IMG/VR virus record: IMGVR_UViG_3300032157_000372
Span: 1-58,514 of that record
Source of the DNA: a virus
Lineage: Duplodnaviria; Caudoviricetes
Strand: one strand, 5' to 3'
Length of the DNA stretch: 58,514 bases
The notes beneath the pieces were generated by a model. That model searched no databases, was not told where the DNA came from, and was given only the letters and a program-made list of their open reading frames with translations. The translations under genes and the position numbers were made by a program. Shown piece by piece: positions 36,701 through 45,048 of the stretch. Each line of letters begins with the position of its first letter. The stretch's first letter is position 1.

Positions 36701-37036
36701 GATGCGCTCAGGAACGCCGCGACCACGCTCGCCAAGGTGCGCGGCGGCGGCATCGCCGCGGCCGGCATCTCGCTCGCGGCCCTCGGCGTCGGCGCCATGC
36801 ACGAGGGCATCGACATCCTCAAGGGCAAGGAACCCGTGGCGCCGGGCAAGGCCTACCTCAACGAGGCGGCCGAGCGCAAAGCATCGAAGCCCGCGCCGAA
36901 GCCGAAAGCCTCCGTCGGCACCGTGGTCGCCGCGAGCCAGAAGAAGAAATCCGACGGCCAGACGGCCGGCTACACGCGCCGCTCGAAGACCGGCACGTCC
37001 GTCCGCGTCCAAGGCTACCGCACGCCGACCAAGTAG
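33704..37036 (+). CDS. Large Ala/Lys-rich protein of unknown function (candidate internal virion protein)
   Basis: 1110-aa ORF between portal and protease; glycine-zipper segments, SAP/Rho-N-like motifs. Confidence 0.8.
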   Translation: MAKEPLPRNWKAMRADRVLAMAENRFGRRFSSKAAAIAELSRLPNAEQRSLKKVAVSKSEAVRRAGASDRMISGMSQGQRPMAGIADEIKGLKKADLQAIAREVSVSTKGSVSQLRASIVKRATEHARFAAKNSVAGQLGIGMVLGGTVDQSKVRSATAAGRAEMEQRIRAAISKVRGGGSASSSVEALSAKINATLKSPTRESIAAVRQELAAARLSKVDAHAIAKATELPVKAASAAKAVTGRLDKRLGSLASFLAKKAAVGGRGAAGIALGIAAGGLALAMTSRQSEAAEGKKRNKGPSANTVKAKEAEANKAKAEAERAASESRAREAEAQARAREAEAKAAERKSAEETKREDARIKAEERKLRAGREGYAANLNLAATAAGIVGGVVAGKKIAGKVKADDIAAEKLRTRQAKQLAAAAKGGKGASSLKAVAKTAADMKIVRAESRSARAMNVAGKIGLPYAAALVVEGVIARQVAAELEERGNVEGAAIARGVGMAGTVAAATLIGSRSTDLAFPTKAPNAGHVAKIEKARIDAAEKPKRRAARTKAAAVKGDPVAQLAKNTGATLSKGAKAPAAAVAAAGKGPAGWSDAARAASAKVRAANANPAVPPLMEKQPAAAKAPNAAAAKAAAPKAPKVATAPKVPPVKDLRAMAKAEGVKGALSMSKNALAATLRGLGKLVLPAAIGLTGYAAFQDEAAAAEASGGDATAQGATAATKAITDYLTFGAGSETERLMAAGKSRGEAVARGIAVGAINTATLGTVTALDEVYKDQGGAAAYVFDSVRDAVGHLARGVKKGVEVAKSRQSGEGEPSKSSGAGEAMAGAAAVGVGMADHKFSKARGKALIAVGAGLILDAAMRSDAKAEEAPKGGPVGFQNEATLNAALEAQGKAASGEGKKDDTVDRVTDGALGVAAAGFGAALLKEGRHKIAGPAFLALGTGMVLSALAGDADAAEAPKGMPKGADAEKSDAGVGAGLTATGAVLAGGGITAMKFGADALRNAATTLAKVRGGGIAAAGISLAALGVGAMHEGIDILKGKEPVAPGKAYLNEAAERKASKPAPKPKASVGTVVAASQKKKSDGQTAGYTRRSKTGTSVRVQGYRTPTK

Positions 37037-37049
37037 GGCACCCCCGCAC

Positions 37050-38552
37050 ATGACCCAAGGCATTGCGATGCAGTCGCAGTCGCCGGGGACGGCGCATGCC
37101 GACCTCGGCTTCTGGCTGCAGAGCCAGATCATCGGCCAGCCGATGGCGATGCGCGAGGAGAACCTCAATGCGCTCGTCGAATCGATCGCCGCCAACCGCT
37201 TCTCGCTGCCGCGCAACCGCACCACGGGGGCGCGCATCACCGAGAAGGGCACGGCGATCGTCGAGATCCACGGCGTGCTCATCAACCGCATGCCGGTGAT
37301 GGGCACGTTCTGGGGCCTCACGGCCTACGAGGGTCTCGGCGAGCAGTTCCGCCGCATCAAGACCAACGCCGACATCAAGCGCGTGGTGCTCGACGTCGAC
37401 AGCCCCGGCGGGCTGGTCGCCGGCATCCGCACCTGCGCGGACGCGCTCGAGGACCTCGCCGAGGAAAAGCCGGTCTACGCGGTCGCCCACGACATGGCGT
37501 GCTCGGCCGGCTACTGGCTCGCGTGCATCGCCGAGGAATTGTCGGTCACGCCCGACGGCGACGTCGGCTCGATCGGCGTGCGCGGCGGCCACGTTTCCTA
37601 TGCCCAGCTCCTCGATCGTGCGGGCATCGACATCCGCGTGATCAAGGCCGGCCGGACCAAGGCCGACCACGCGATCAGCGAGCTGCTCAGCGACGGCGCC
37701 GCCGCCGAGATGCAGTTCACGTGCGACCGCCAATACGACCGCTTCGTTGCCCACGTCGCGCAACACCGGCCGCTCTCCGAGTACGAGGTGCGCGACACGG
37801 ATGCGCGCTGCTGGGTCGGCCAGGACGCGGTCGACGCCGGCCTCGCCGATCGCGTCGAGACGCTCGAGGAGCTCGTCGAGCGCATCGAGAAGAACACCGC
37901 GCGCGTCAAGCCGCGCCGCAAGCTCAAGACCGACAAGAGTTCCAAGGGCGGGCTCGCCCCTAGTCAGCGTTCGTCAGCGCCACCGCGGGCGCCGGGCGAC
38001 GACGAGCCGACCGCGGCCTACCCCCGCCACAGAGGAGGACGGACAGTGTCCGATCGCAACGAACCGGGCGCTGCCGGCCCGGATTACGCTCAAATCATCG
38101 CGGCCTACACGGCAGGCATCGCCGCGAGCAAGACGACGCCGGCGGCTCCCGCTGCCGGAGCGCCGGCGGCCCCGGCCGCTGCGGCTCCCGCCGCTCCGGC
38201 TGCTGCTGCGGCGCCCGCGACGCCCGCCGAGGCCGCGACCGCGGCGCGCGAGCGCATCAAGGCGATCATGGGCTCGGAGGCGGCCAAGACGCGGCCCGGT
38301 CTTGCCCAGCACATCGCGCTCGAGACCGACCTCGACGCCAAGACGGCGGAGGCGCTCCTCGGCGCCGCGCCGGCCGAGGCCGCCGCCGACAAGGGCAAGA
38401 CCGAGCTCGGCAGTGCGCTCGAGAAGCGCATGAGCCAGGGCGGCAACGCCGCCGGCATCAAGCCGGACGGCTCGGGCCCCGCCGCGCAGCGTCCCTCGCT
38501 CGCCGACCACGTCGCCGCCAAGTATCAACCCGCCGCCAAGAAGGGAGCCTAA
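37050..38552 (+). CDS. S49-family prohead protease/scaffold (gpC-like)
   Basis: DVDSPGG, MACSAGYWLA, VGSIGV, AVDAGLAD. Confidence 0.92.
   Translation: MTQGIAMQSQSPGTAHADLGFWLQSQIIGQPMAMREENLNALVESIAANRFSLPRNRTTGARITEKGTAIVEIHGVLINRMPVMGTFWGLTAYEGLGEQFRRIKTNADIKRVVLDVDSPGGLVAGIRTCADALEDLAEEKPVYAVAHDMACSAGYWLACIAEELSVTPDGDVGSIGVRGGHVSYAQLLDRAGIDIRVIKAGRTKADHAISELLSDGAAAEMQFTCDRQYDRFVAHVAQHRPLSEYEVRDTDARCWVGQDAVDAGLADRVETLEELVERIEKNTARVKPRRKLKTDKSSKGGLAPSQRSSAPPRAPGDDEPTAAYPRHRGGRTVSDRNEPGAAGPDYAQIIAAYTAGIAASKTTPAAPAAGAPAAPAAAAPAAPAAAAAPATPAEAATAARERIKAIMGSEAAKTRPGLAQHIALETDLDAKTAEALLGAAPAEAAADKGKTELGSALEKRMSQGGNAAGIKPDGSGPAAQRPSLADHVAAKYQPAAKKGA
38046..38552 (+). CDS. Nested scaffolding protein (Nu3-like)
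   Basis: In-frame GTG after GAGGAGG; ARERIKAIMGSEAA motif. Confidence 0.65.
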   Translation: MSDRNEPGAAGPDYAQIIAAYTAGIAASKTTPAAPAAGAPAAPAAAAPAAPAAAAAPATPAEAATAARERIKAIMGSEAAKTRPGLAQHIALETDLDAKTAEALLGAAPAEAAADKGKTELGSALEKRMSQGGNAAGIKPDGSGPAAQRPSLADHVAAKYQPAAKKGA

Positions 38553-38555
38553 CCC

Positions 38556-39233
38556 ATGGCCGTCGTCTCCAACTTCCCCAAGCTGTCGAGCGAGTGGCTG
38601 GTCCATGAGCTCGACTCCCGCATGCACCGCAAGCAGGGCACGATCCTCGCCGCGACGGGCAACCTCCCGACCGGCGCCGTGCTCGGCAAGATCACGGTCG
38701 CGGGCGCGTCCTCGGCCGCCAAGTCCGGCGGCAACACGGGCGGCGGCTCGCTGACGCTCGACGTGACGACGCCCGTGCTCGCCGACGCGAAAGCCGGCGT
38801 CTACACGGTGCGCTGCGTCGGTCTCGTCGCCAACGGCGGCCTGTTCGAGGTCAGGGACCCCGACGGCGTCGTGCTCGGCTCCTACACCATCGGCGGCGCC
38901 GCCTTCGCCAAGCACATCAAGTTTGCGATGGCCGATTCCGGCACCGACTTCGCGCTCGGCGACGGCTTCGACATCACGATTGCGGCCGGCTCGGGCAAGC
39001 TCGCCTACTACGACCCGACCGCCGTCAACGGCGCCGCGACGCCCTACGGCATCCTGCTCGATGCGCGCGACGTCTCGGGCGGCTCCGACGTGGCGGGCGT
39101 GGTCGTGACCGGCAACGCCGAGATCATCGCCCTGGGCCTCACCTGGGGCGCCGCGGTCGACGACGCGCCCAAGAAGGCGGCCGGCCTCGTGCTGCTCGAA
39201 AAGCTCGGCTTCATCGGCCGGCAGCTCGTCTAA
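38556..39233 (+). CDS. Head decoration protein (gpD-like)
   Basis: GAVLGKIT...YDPTAVNGA..PYGIL...LEKLGFI; between protease and capsid genes. Confidence 0.85.
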   Translation: MAVVSNFPKLSSEWLVHELDSRMHRKQGTILAATGNLPTGAVLGKITVAGASSAAKSGGNTGGGSLTLDVTTPVLADAKAGVYTVRCVGLVANGGLFEVRDPDGVVLGSYTIGGAAFAKHIKFAMADSGTDFALGDGFDITIAAGSGKLAYYDPTAVNGAATPYGILLDARDVSGGSDVAGVVVTGNAEIIALGLTWGAAVDDAPKKAAGLVLLEKLGFIGRQLV

Positions 39234-39263
39234 CCCCCGACCACACGCATGCCCGCCGCGACG

Positions 39264-39294
39264 GCGTCCGAGCGAAGCTCGGCTCCGCCGAGAC
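39264..39294 (-). repeat. 31-bp REP-like palindrome, copy 1
   Basis: Reverse complement matches 47303-47333 at 30/31. Confidence 0.8.
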
Positions 39295-39347
39295 CTACCG
39301 CGGCGGGGCCCGCGAACGGACGCTGACCCCACACAGAGGACCCTCTC

Positions 39348-40409
39348 ATGCAACTCGATTTTCTGCGCGACCCGCGCTACTCCGTCCGCAACGTGTCGGA
39401 CGCCATCATGAAGATCCCGAACGAGTATTCGCTGCTGTCGCAGTTCGGGCTCTTCCCCGAGAAGGGTATCCGGACGACCTATGTCGAGGTCGAGATCAAG
39501 ACCGGATTCCTCAATCTGATCCCGACCTCGGAGCGCGGCTCGCCGGCGACCGAGTCCAAGCGCTCGACCCGCCAGACCCGCGTCATGAAGACGCTCTTCA
39601 TGCAGAAGAACGCCACCATCCGGCCGTCCGACCTGCAGAACCTTCCGGCCTTCGGAACGCTCGACCAGGCCGGGAACGCGAGCGATGCCTTCTTCGAGTC
39701 CTTCGACAGCGAGCTCACGGATCGTTTCGACGATCTGCAGCGCGGCTACCGGCAGACGCACGAGTACATGCGTTGGGGCGCGCTCAAAGGCGACGTCTAC
39801 GACGCCGACGGCAGCCGCGTGCTCTACAACTGCTACACGGAGATGGGCGAGAGCCAGCAGTCGATCGATTTCGCGTTCGGCACGACCTCGTCGGATACCG
39901 TGATGGCGGCCTCCAAGGCCGGCCGGCGCTACATGGAGCAGAACCTGCTCGGTGAGCCCATGACGCGCCAGCTCGCGCTCTGCTCGTCGGAGTTCTTCGA
40001 CAACGTCTGCAACCATCCCTCCTACCGCAAGTTCTACGAGAACAATCCGGTGGGCAAGAACAACCCCGTGCTCGACGATCTCGGCGTCACCTACTTCCAG
40101 CACGGCACCTGGACCTACATCGAGCACAACGGGCAGGCGACCTACCTCAACGCCGACGGCACGACGGCGACGCGCCGCTTCATCCCCGCGAGCGAGGCGA
40201 TCATCGTCCCGCTCGGCACGCAGCAGGTGTTCCGCTCCTACTTCGCGCCGGGCGAGATGCTCGACGCGGTCAACATGCCGGGCCAGTCGATGTACGCCTC
40301 GCTCAAGGAGCTCGACCACGGCGGCGGCGTCGAGATCCACACGGAATCGGCGCCTCTGTTCCTGGTCCAGAAGCCGCGCCTCGTGCTGCGCGGCTACTCG
40401 AGCAACTAA
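39348..40409 (+). CDS. Major capsid protein (lambda gpE family)
   Basis: THEYMRWGALKG, ESAPL..KPR; position. Confidence 0.93.
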   Translation: MQLDFLRDPRYSVRNVSDAIMKIPNEYSLLSQFGLFPEKGIRTTYVEVEIKTGFLNLIPTSERGSPATESKRSTRQTRVMKTLFMQKNATIRPSDLQNLPAFGTLDQAGNASDAFFESFDSELTDRFDDLQRGYRQTHEYMRWGALKGDVYDADGSRVLYNCYTEMGESQQSIDFAFGTTSSDTVMAASKAGRRYMEQNLLGEPMTRQLALCSSEFFDNVCNHPSYRKFYENNPVGKNNPVLDDLGVTYFQHGTWTYIEHNGQATYLNADGTTATRRFIPASEAIIVPLGTQQVFRSYFAPGEMLDAVNMPGQSMYASLKELDHGGGVEIHTESAPLFLVQKPRLVLRGYSSN

Positions 40410-40436
40410 GAGCCACCGTCACACGCCGCTTTGTTC

Positions 40437-40467
40437 AAGGCCCGCGGGTGCTCCCTGCGGGCCTTTC
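40437..40467 (+). terminator. Terminator after capsid gene
   Basis: AAGGCCCGC...GCGGGCCTT stem followed by T's. Confidence 0.65.
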
Positions 40468-40534
40468 GCCATGCTGAAAGCATGCCTTCGGCATGACGAG
40501 CGCCGTCCGTCAACTCAAAGGGGGGAATTGCACC

Positions 40535-41005
40535 ATGCGCGTGAAGCTCTTGCGCGAGAAGACCGTCATTCTCGATGCCACCAACTCTCAGACCTGGCCC
40601 GCGGATTGGGCCGGCGACGTCGTGCCGGAGTTCCTGAAGCTCTGGAAAGAGGGCGTCGATTACGAGGTCCTGCCTCTCACCGCCGAGAGCCTCACGCCCG
40701 GCCAGCAGTTCACGGCCCAGCAGGCCGCCGCGCTGGCTCTCGTCGCCGAGCAGGTCATCGCGCAGTCGACGCAGATCGACGCCGGCGCTGGCGGTGCCGA
40801 CGTCGCCGATGGTGCCGCCGAACCTGTCGTCGCGCCCGATGTCGACGCGGCCGGCGAGGACGTCGCCAACATGAGCAAAGAGGAGAAAATCGCGCTCCTC
40901 GAGCAGCTCGACGCCGGCCAGATCAACGCTCTCGCTAAGGATCGCGGCGTGAAATACGTCGGCGTCAAGCGCGCGGCGGTGATTGAGGCGTTGGCCTCGC
41001 TCTGA
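40535..41005 (+). CDS. gpFI-position protein with C-terminal Rho-N-like motif
   Basis: QINALAKDRGVKYVGVKRAAVIEAL. Confidence 0.6.
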   Translation: MRVKLLREKTVILDATNSQTWPADWAGDVVPEFLKLWKEGVDYEVLPLTAESLTPGQQFTAQQAAALALVAEQVIAQSTQIDAGAGGADVADGAAEPVVAPDVDAAGEDVANMSKEEKIALLEQLDAGQINALAKDRGVKYVGVKRAAVIEALASL

Positions 41006-41352
41006 TGGCCTTCGACATCGACGCCCTCATCAACACGCACCTCGTCGAGCTGTTCGGCGAGCCGGCGCCCGCCGTCTACGCACCGCTGAAATCGGCGCCC
41101 GGCTGGCCGCCCTTCGACGTCGAGGCGATCTTCGAGCGCGAGCACGGGGCGGTGCTCGACGCGATCGCCAAGTCGGAGCTGAAAAGCTCCGGCCATTCGA
41201 CGACGGTGCCGGTCGCATCCGTGCGCGCCGCGCTGTTTCCGGCCGAGCCTAAGCAAAACGACCAGATCACCATTGGCGGCGTCGTCTGGTCGGTGTGGGA
41301 CGTGCAGCCCGACGGCTCGGGAATGTTCGATTTGATACTTCGAAAAGCCTGA
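41005..41352 (+). CDS. Head-tail joining protein (gpFII-like)
   Basis: PKQNDQITIGG..W.V.DVQPDGSGM..L.L. Confidence 0.8.
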   Translation: MAFDIDALINTHLVELFGEPAPAVYAPLKSAPGWPPFDVEAIFEREHGAVLDAIAKSELKSSGHSTTVPVASVRAALFPAEPKQNDQITIGGVVWSVWDVQPDGSGMFDLILRKA

Positions 41353-41431
41353 CACGAGCATCGGCGGGGCGCACTGGCGCCGCGCGCGCGGTCGCGCGCC
41401 GAGCCGCTCCGCGGCTGAGTGGGGGAAATTC

Positions 41432-41980
41432 ATGCTGATCCTCGAGACGCTCGCCGACGCCGCGCTCGCGCGCCTGGTCGCCGCCAATTTCGCCGGCGGC
41501 AACATCGAGAAACACCGCGACCCGCCGACCGAGGACGACGATCTGCCGCTCGCGTCCCTCACCTACGAGAACGACACGGGCACCGCCGACGGGGATTCGC
41601 GCACCGGCATCCAGGACTTCGTGCACAAGGCGACGTTCACGGTCGACATCCTCGATTGGGCGCCGACCGGCGCCGAGCTCATGGCCAAGCTCGCCATCGC
41701 GAGCGAGACAGTGATGGTGGCCCTCATCGCAGGCCTCGCGACGTGGGACTGCGGCGTCATCGAGGGCATCGGCGGCGTGCGCCAGGTGACGGAGAAGTCG
41801 CCCAAGGGCGCGCGCATCGTCTACCGGCGCCAAATTCAGATCGACGTCCTCTACCGCTCGCAGTGGGAGCCGTCGACGGCGGATCTCGAGACCCTCGCCG
41901 GCGTCGACGTCGACACTGGGCTAGACGCGCCCGACGACGCGCCGGGCATCGGCACCAGCATCACCGTTCCGACAGAGTAG
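41432..41980 (+). CDS. Tail terminator/completion protein
   Basis: Acidic ORF before sheath; DDDLPLA motif. Confidence 0.65.
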   Translation: MLILETLADAALARLVAANFAGGNIEKHRDPPTEDDDLPLASLTYENDTGTADGDSRTGIQDFVHKATFTVDILDWAPTGAELMAKLAIASETVMVALIAGLATWDCGVIEGIGGVRQVTEKSPKGARIVYRRQIQIDVLYRSQWEPSTADLETLAGVDVDTGLDAPDDAPGIGTSITVPTE

Positions 41981-42009
41981 CACCCAAACCCCCAAAGGAA
42001 CCCGACACC

Positions 42010-42204
42010 ATGACCGAGCGCATTTTCGTGCGGCCGGCAGAGGGCAAGACGCCCCGCTCGCCGCTGCCGCCCTACGAGCGCCTGCCCGCAGAGGGTGGCT
42101 GGCGTATCGATGCTGCCGCCTGGCGCCGCCTCGAAAAGGCGGGTGACGTCGTCATCACGAAATCCGACCCGGCCGAGCGTCCCGCGGCCAAGGCCAAAGC
42201 CTAA
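42010..42204 (+). CDS. Mu gp38-like (DUF2635) protein
   Basis: FVRPAEG...LPAEG...WRRLEKAGDV. Confidence 0.8.
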   Translation: MTERIFVRPAEGKTPRSPLPPYERLPAEGGWRIDAAAWRRLEKAGDVVITKSDPAERPAAKAKA

Positions 42205-42217
42205 GGAGCGATAGACC

Positions 42218-43744
42218 ATGCCCGTCAGCTTCAACGCCATCCCTTCCTCGCTCCGCCTGCCGCTGTTCTGGGCCGAGCTCGACCCGAGCCAGGCCGGCAC
42301 GTTCGCCAACTACCAGCGCGCGCTGCTGATCGGCTACAAGAAGACCGCGGGCCCGGCCGCAGCCGATACGCTGATGCGCATCACCTCGCCCGACCAGGCG
42401 CGCGCGCAGTTCGGCCGCGGCAGCCAGCTCGCGCACATGTTCGAGCTCTGGTTCAAGAACAACCTCTTCGACGAGGTGTGGGCCATCGCCATCACGCCGC
42501 CCTCGGGCGGCACGGCGTCGTCGGGCACCATCGTCGTCGCCGGGCCGGCCACGGCCTCGGGCGTCATCGCGCTCTACATCGGCGGGCGCAAGATCACGGT
42601 GCCGGTCGTCTCCGGCGACGCTTCCACGGCGATCGCGGCCGCGATCAACACCGCGATCAACGCCGCCCTCGACCTTCCCGTGACCTCGTCCGTAACCAGC
42701 AGCACGGTCACGCTCACGGCCAACTGGAAGGGCATCGACGGCGACGGCATCGACATCCGCACCAACTATCTCGGGCCCCTCGGCGGCGAGGTCCTGCCCG
42801 CCGGCGTGACGCTCACGATCACGGCCATGGCCTCGGGCGCCGGCACGCCGACGCTCACCTCGGCGATCGCGGGCATGGGCGACCAGGAGTTCGACACGGT
42901 CGCGATCGGCTGGACCGACACGTCGACGCTCAACGCGATCGACGCCGAGTGGGACCACGTCGGCGACAACGGGCGGTGGAGCTGGCTGCGCCAGGTCTAT
43001 GGCCACGTCTACTGCGCCAAGGACGGCACGTCGGGCGACCTGCAGACCTTCGGCGCCGCTCGCAACGGCGGCCACGTCACCTGCTTCGGCTACTACGGCT
43101 CGCCGACGCCGTCCTGGGAGCGGGCCGCGATCTTTGCCGCGCAGGCGCACCGCGCGCTCATGAACGATCCGGCCCGCCCGCTGCACACGCTGCCGCTCAA
43201 CGGCATGCTGCCGGCGATCCCCGATCTGCAGTTCACGAAGGGGGAAAAGAACGCGCTCGCCTTCGACGGCATCTCGGTCGCCAAGGATACCGAGGACGGC
43301 CGCTGTCAGATCGAAACCTCGTTCACGATGTGGCAGAAGAACCCGCACGGGCTCGACGACAACGCGCTGCTCAAGATCCAGACGCTGGCGACACTGGCCT
43401 ACGTGCTGCGCTCGCTGCGCTTCCGCATCGTGCAGAAGTTCCCGCGCCATAAGCTCGCCAGCGACGGCACCCGCTTCGGGCCCGGCCAGGCGATCGTGAC
43501 GCCCAAGATCGCCAAGGCGGCGATCGTCGCCCACTACCGCGAGCTCGAGTACCTGGGCCTGGTCGAGAACACGGACGCGTTCAAGGCCAATCTCATCGTC
43601 GAGCGCAACGTCACCAATCCCGACCGCCTCGACGTTGTCTACCCGCCCGACGTGGTCAATCAGCTCGACGTGTTCGCGGTCCTCGCGCAGTTCCGGCTCC
43701 AGTACCCGGCCGAGCTGCCCGACCAGCCGTTGCCTATTGCTTAG
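42218..43744 (+). CDS. Tail sheath protein (Mu gpL-like)
   Basis: VSFNAIPS..RLPLFWAE, FGRGSQL, DPARPLHTL, FPRHKLA, NQLDVFA. Confidence 0.95.
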   Translation: MPVSFNAIPSSLRLPLFWAELDPSQAGTFANYQRALLIGYKKTAGPAAADTLMRITSPDQARAQFGRGSQLAHMFELWFKNNLFDEVWAIAITPPSGGTASSGTIVVAGPATASGVIALYIGGRKITVPVVSGDASTAIAAAINTAINAALDLPVTSSVTSSTVTLTANWKGIDGDGIDIRTNYLGPLGGEVLPAGVTLTITAMASGAGTPTLTSAIAGMGDQEFDTVAIGWTDTSTLNAIDAEWDHVGDNGRWSWLRQVYGHVYCAKDGTSGDLQTFGAARNGGHVTCFGYYGSPTPSWERAAIFAAQAHRALMNDPARPLHTLPLNGMLPAIPDLQFTKGEKNALAFDGISVAKDTEDGRCQIETSFTMWQKNPHGLDDNALLKIQTLATLAYVLRSLRFRIVQKFPRHKLASDGTRFGPGQAIVTPKIAKAAIVAHYRELEYLGLVENTDAFKANLIVERNVTNPDRLDVVYPPDVVNQLDVFAVLAQFRLQYPAELPDQPLPIA

Positions 43745-43883
43745 CGACGCGAGCGGCGGCGTAGCGGCTTTCGCCCGCTCGCCGCAGTTTCGCTGAAATC
43801 CGGCGCACTGGCGCCGAGCGCCCTTGGCGCATGGCTGCCGCAATCAAGCATCGCGCGCATCGCAAAACTCAGGAGACTCTACC

Positions 43884-44249
43884 ATGGCGAACAACAGGAT
43901 CGCGGGCGTCGCCTTCGTGAAATACGACGGCCGGCAGCTCCCCGTCCGGGGTAGCTGGAACGTCGGCTTCAACAAGCTCAAGCGCGAGGGCCTCGCCGGC
44001 CAGGATCGCGTCCACGGCTACAAGGAGAAGCCCGACGTCCCCTTCCTCGAGGGTGACGTGTCGACCACGGCCGACGTGTCGCTCGACGTCCTCCTCGCCA
44101 TCACCGACGCCACGGTGACGATCGAGCTCGCCAACGGCAAGAGCTACGTGCTGCGCAACGCCTGGACGGCGCAGGGCTACGAGATCGACAGCGAGGAGGG
44201 CAAGATCAAGGTCCGCTTCGAGGGCATGGACATCGACGAAATCAGCTAA
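43884..44249 (+). CDS. Tail tube protein (Mu gpM-like)
   Basis: RIAGVAF..DG, VHGYKE, ELANGKSYVL..AW. Confidence 0.92.
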   Translation: MANNRIAGVAFVKYDGRQLPVRGSWNVGFNKLKREGLAGQDRVHGYKEKPDVPFLEGDVSTTADVSLDVLLAITDATVTIELANGKSYVLRNAWTAQGYEIDSEEGKIKVRFEGMDIDEIS

Positions 44250-44305
44250 CGCGGCCGGCGGGGTGAGGGCCCCGCCGCCAGCTTTCCAACAAGGGGGAAT
44301 TCATC

Positions 44306-44878
44306 ATGACGCAAGACCCGAGAGACGTGCGCCGCCTCGGCGGCGCGGAGTATGCGCCGGGCTACGATCCGCAGCCGTCCGTGCGGCCGGTGCCGCAGCC
44401 GGTTTCGCCGCGTCTACAGGCCTCATTGGATAAAATCATTCCTGAGGAGTGGCGGCAGCAGGCACGAGAAATCGTTGCGCAGGAGATGGCGCAGGCCGCT
44501 CAGGCGCAGACTTTACCTGCACCGCCTCCGCCGCCTGCCCAGGCAACCACAGCGCCCGTGCAGGTCGCTCCGCCTGCACTTTCGACTTCGGGCCCGAACA
44601 CGGTCAAGCTCTCGCGCGCCTACAAGGCGCACGACGTCGACGTGCAGGTCGTGACGTTCCGCAAGTACACGGTTAAGGAGCTGCGCAAGGTCGGCTATCC
44701 GCTGCGCAACGTGTTCGGGCCCGACGGCATGCCGGCCGGCCTCGACGAGCTCCCCGACGTCGTTGCGCGCTACATGTCTGTGCTTTCCGAGCCGCCGCTG
44801 CCGCCGTCGACGATCGATGCCATGGACGTCGACGACTTCGCGCTCTGCTCGCGGGCGATCCTGCTTTTTTTCGTCTAG
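44306..44878 (+). CDS. Tail assembly chaperone
   Basis: Between tube and tape measure; ends at slippery T TTT TTC. Confidence 0.8.
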   Translation: MTQDPRDVRRLGGAEYAPGYDPQPSVRPVPQPVSPRLQASLDKIIPEEWRQQAREIVAQEMAQAAQAQTLPAPPPPPAQATTAPVQVAPPALSTSGPNTVKLSRAYKAHDVDVQVVTFRKYTVKELRKVGYPLRNVFGPDGMPAGLDELPDVVARYMSVLSEPPLPPSTIDAMDVDDFALCSRAILLFFV

Positions 44879-45048
44879 GCCGCGACGACGATCCCGACGA
44901 GGTCATCGACGAGCTCGTCGACCTGTGCTTCGACATGGCGCACATCCTGCACCAGCACCCGGACGCCTTCCTCGACCTGCCGCTCGATGAGCTCAACTTC
45001 TACGCCGACGCCACGGCTCGGCTCGCCAAGCGCACGAAAGGCAAGTGA
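44866..45048 (+). CDS. -1 frameshift extension of tail chaperone (gpGT/E'-like)
   Basis: -1 frame reads RLGRDDDPDEVIDELVDLCFDMAHILHQHPDAFLDLPLDELNFYADAT...* up to the tape-measure start. Confidence 0.75.
   Translation, partial: FFRLGRDDDPDEVIDELVDLCFDMAHILHQHPDAFLDLPLDELNFYADATARLAKRTKGK

Noticed and set aside
36702-37049. N-terminal extension of the S49 ORF in the ORF track
   Set aside because: It overlaps the 1110-aa gene in another frame; the plausible start is ATG 37050 or 37068.
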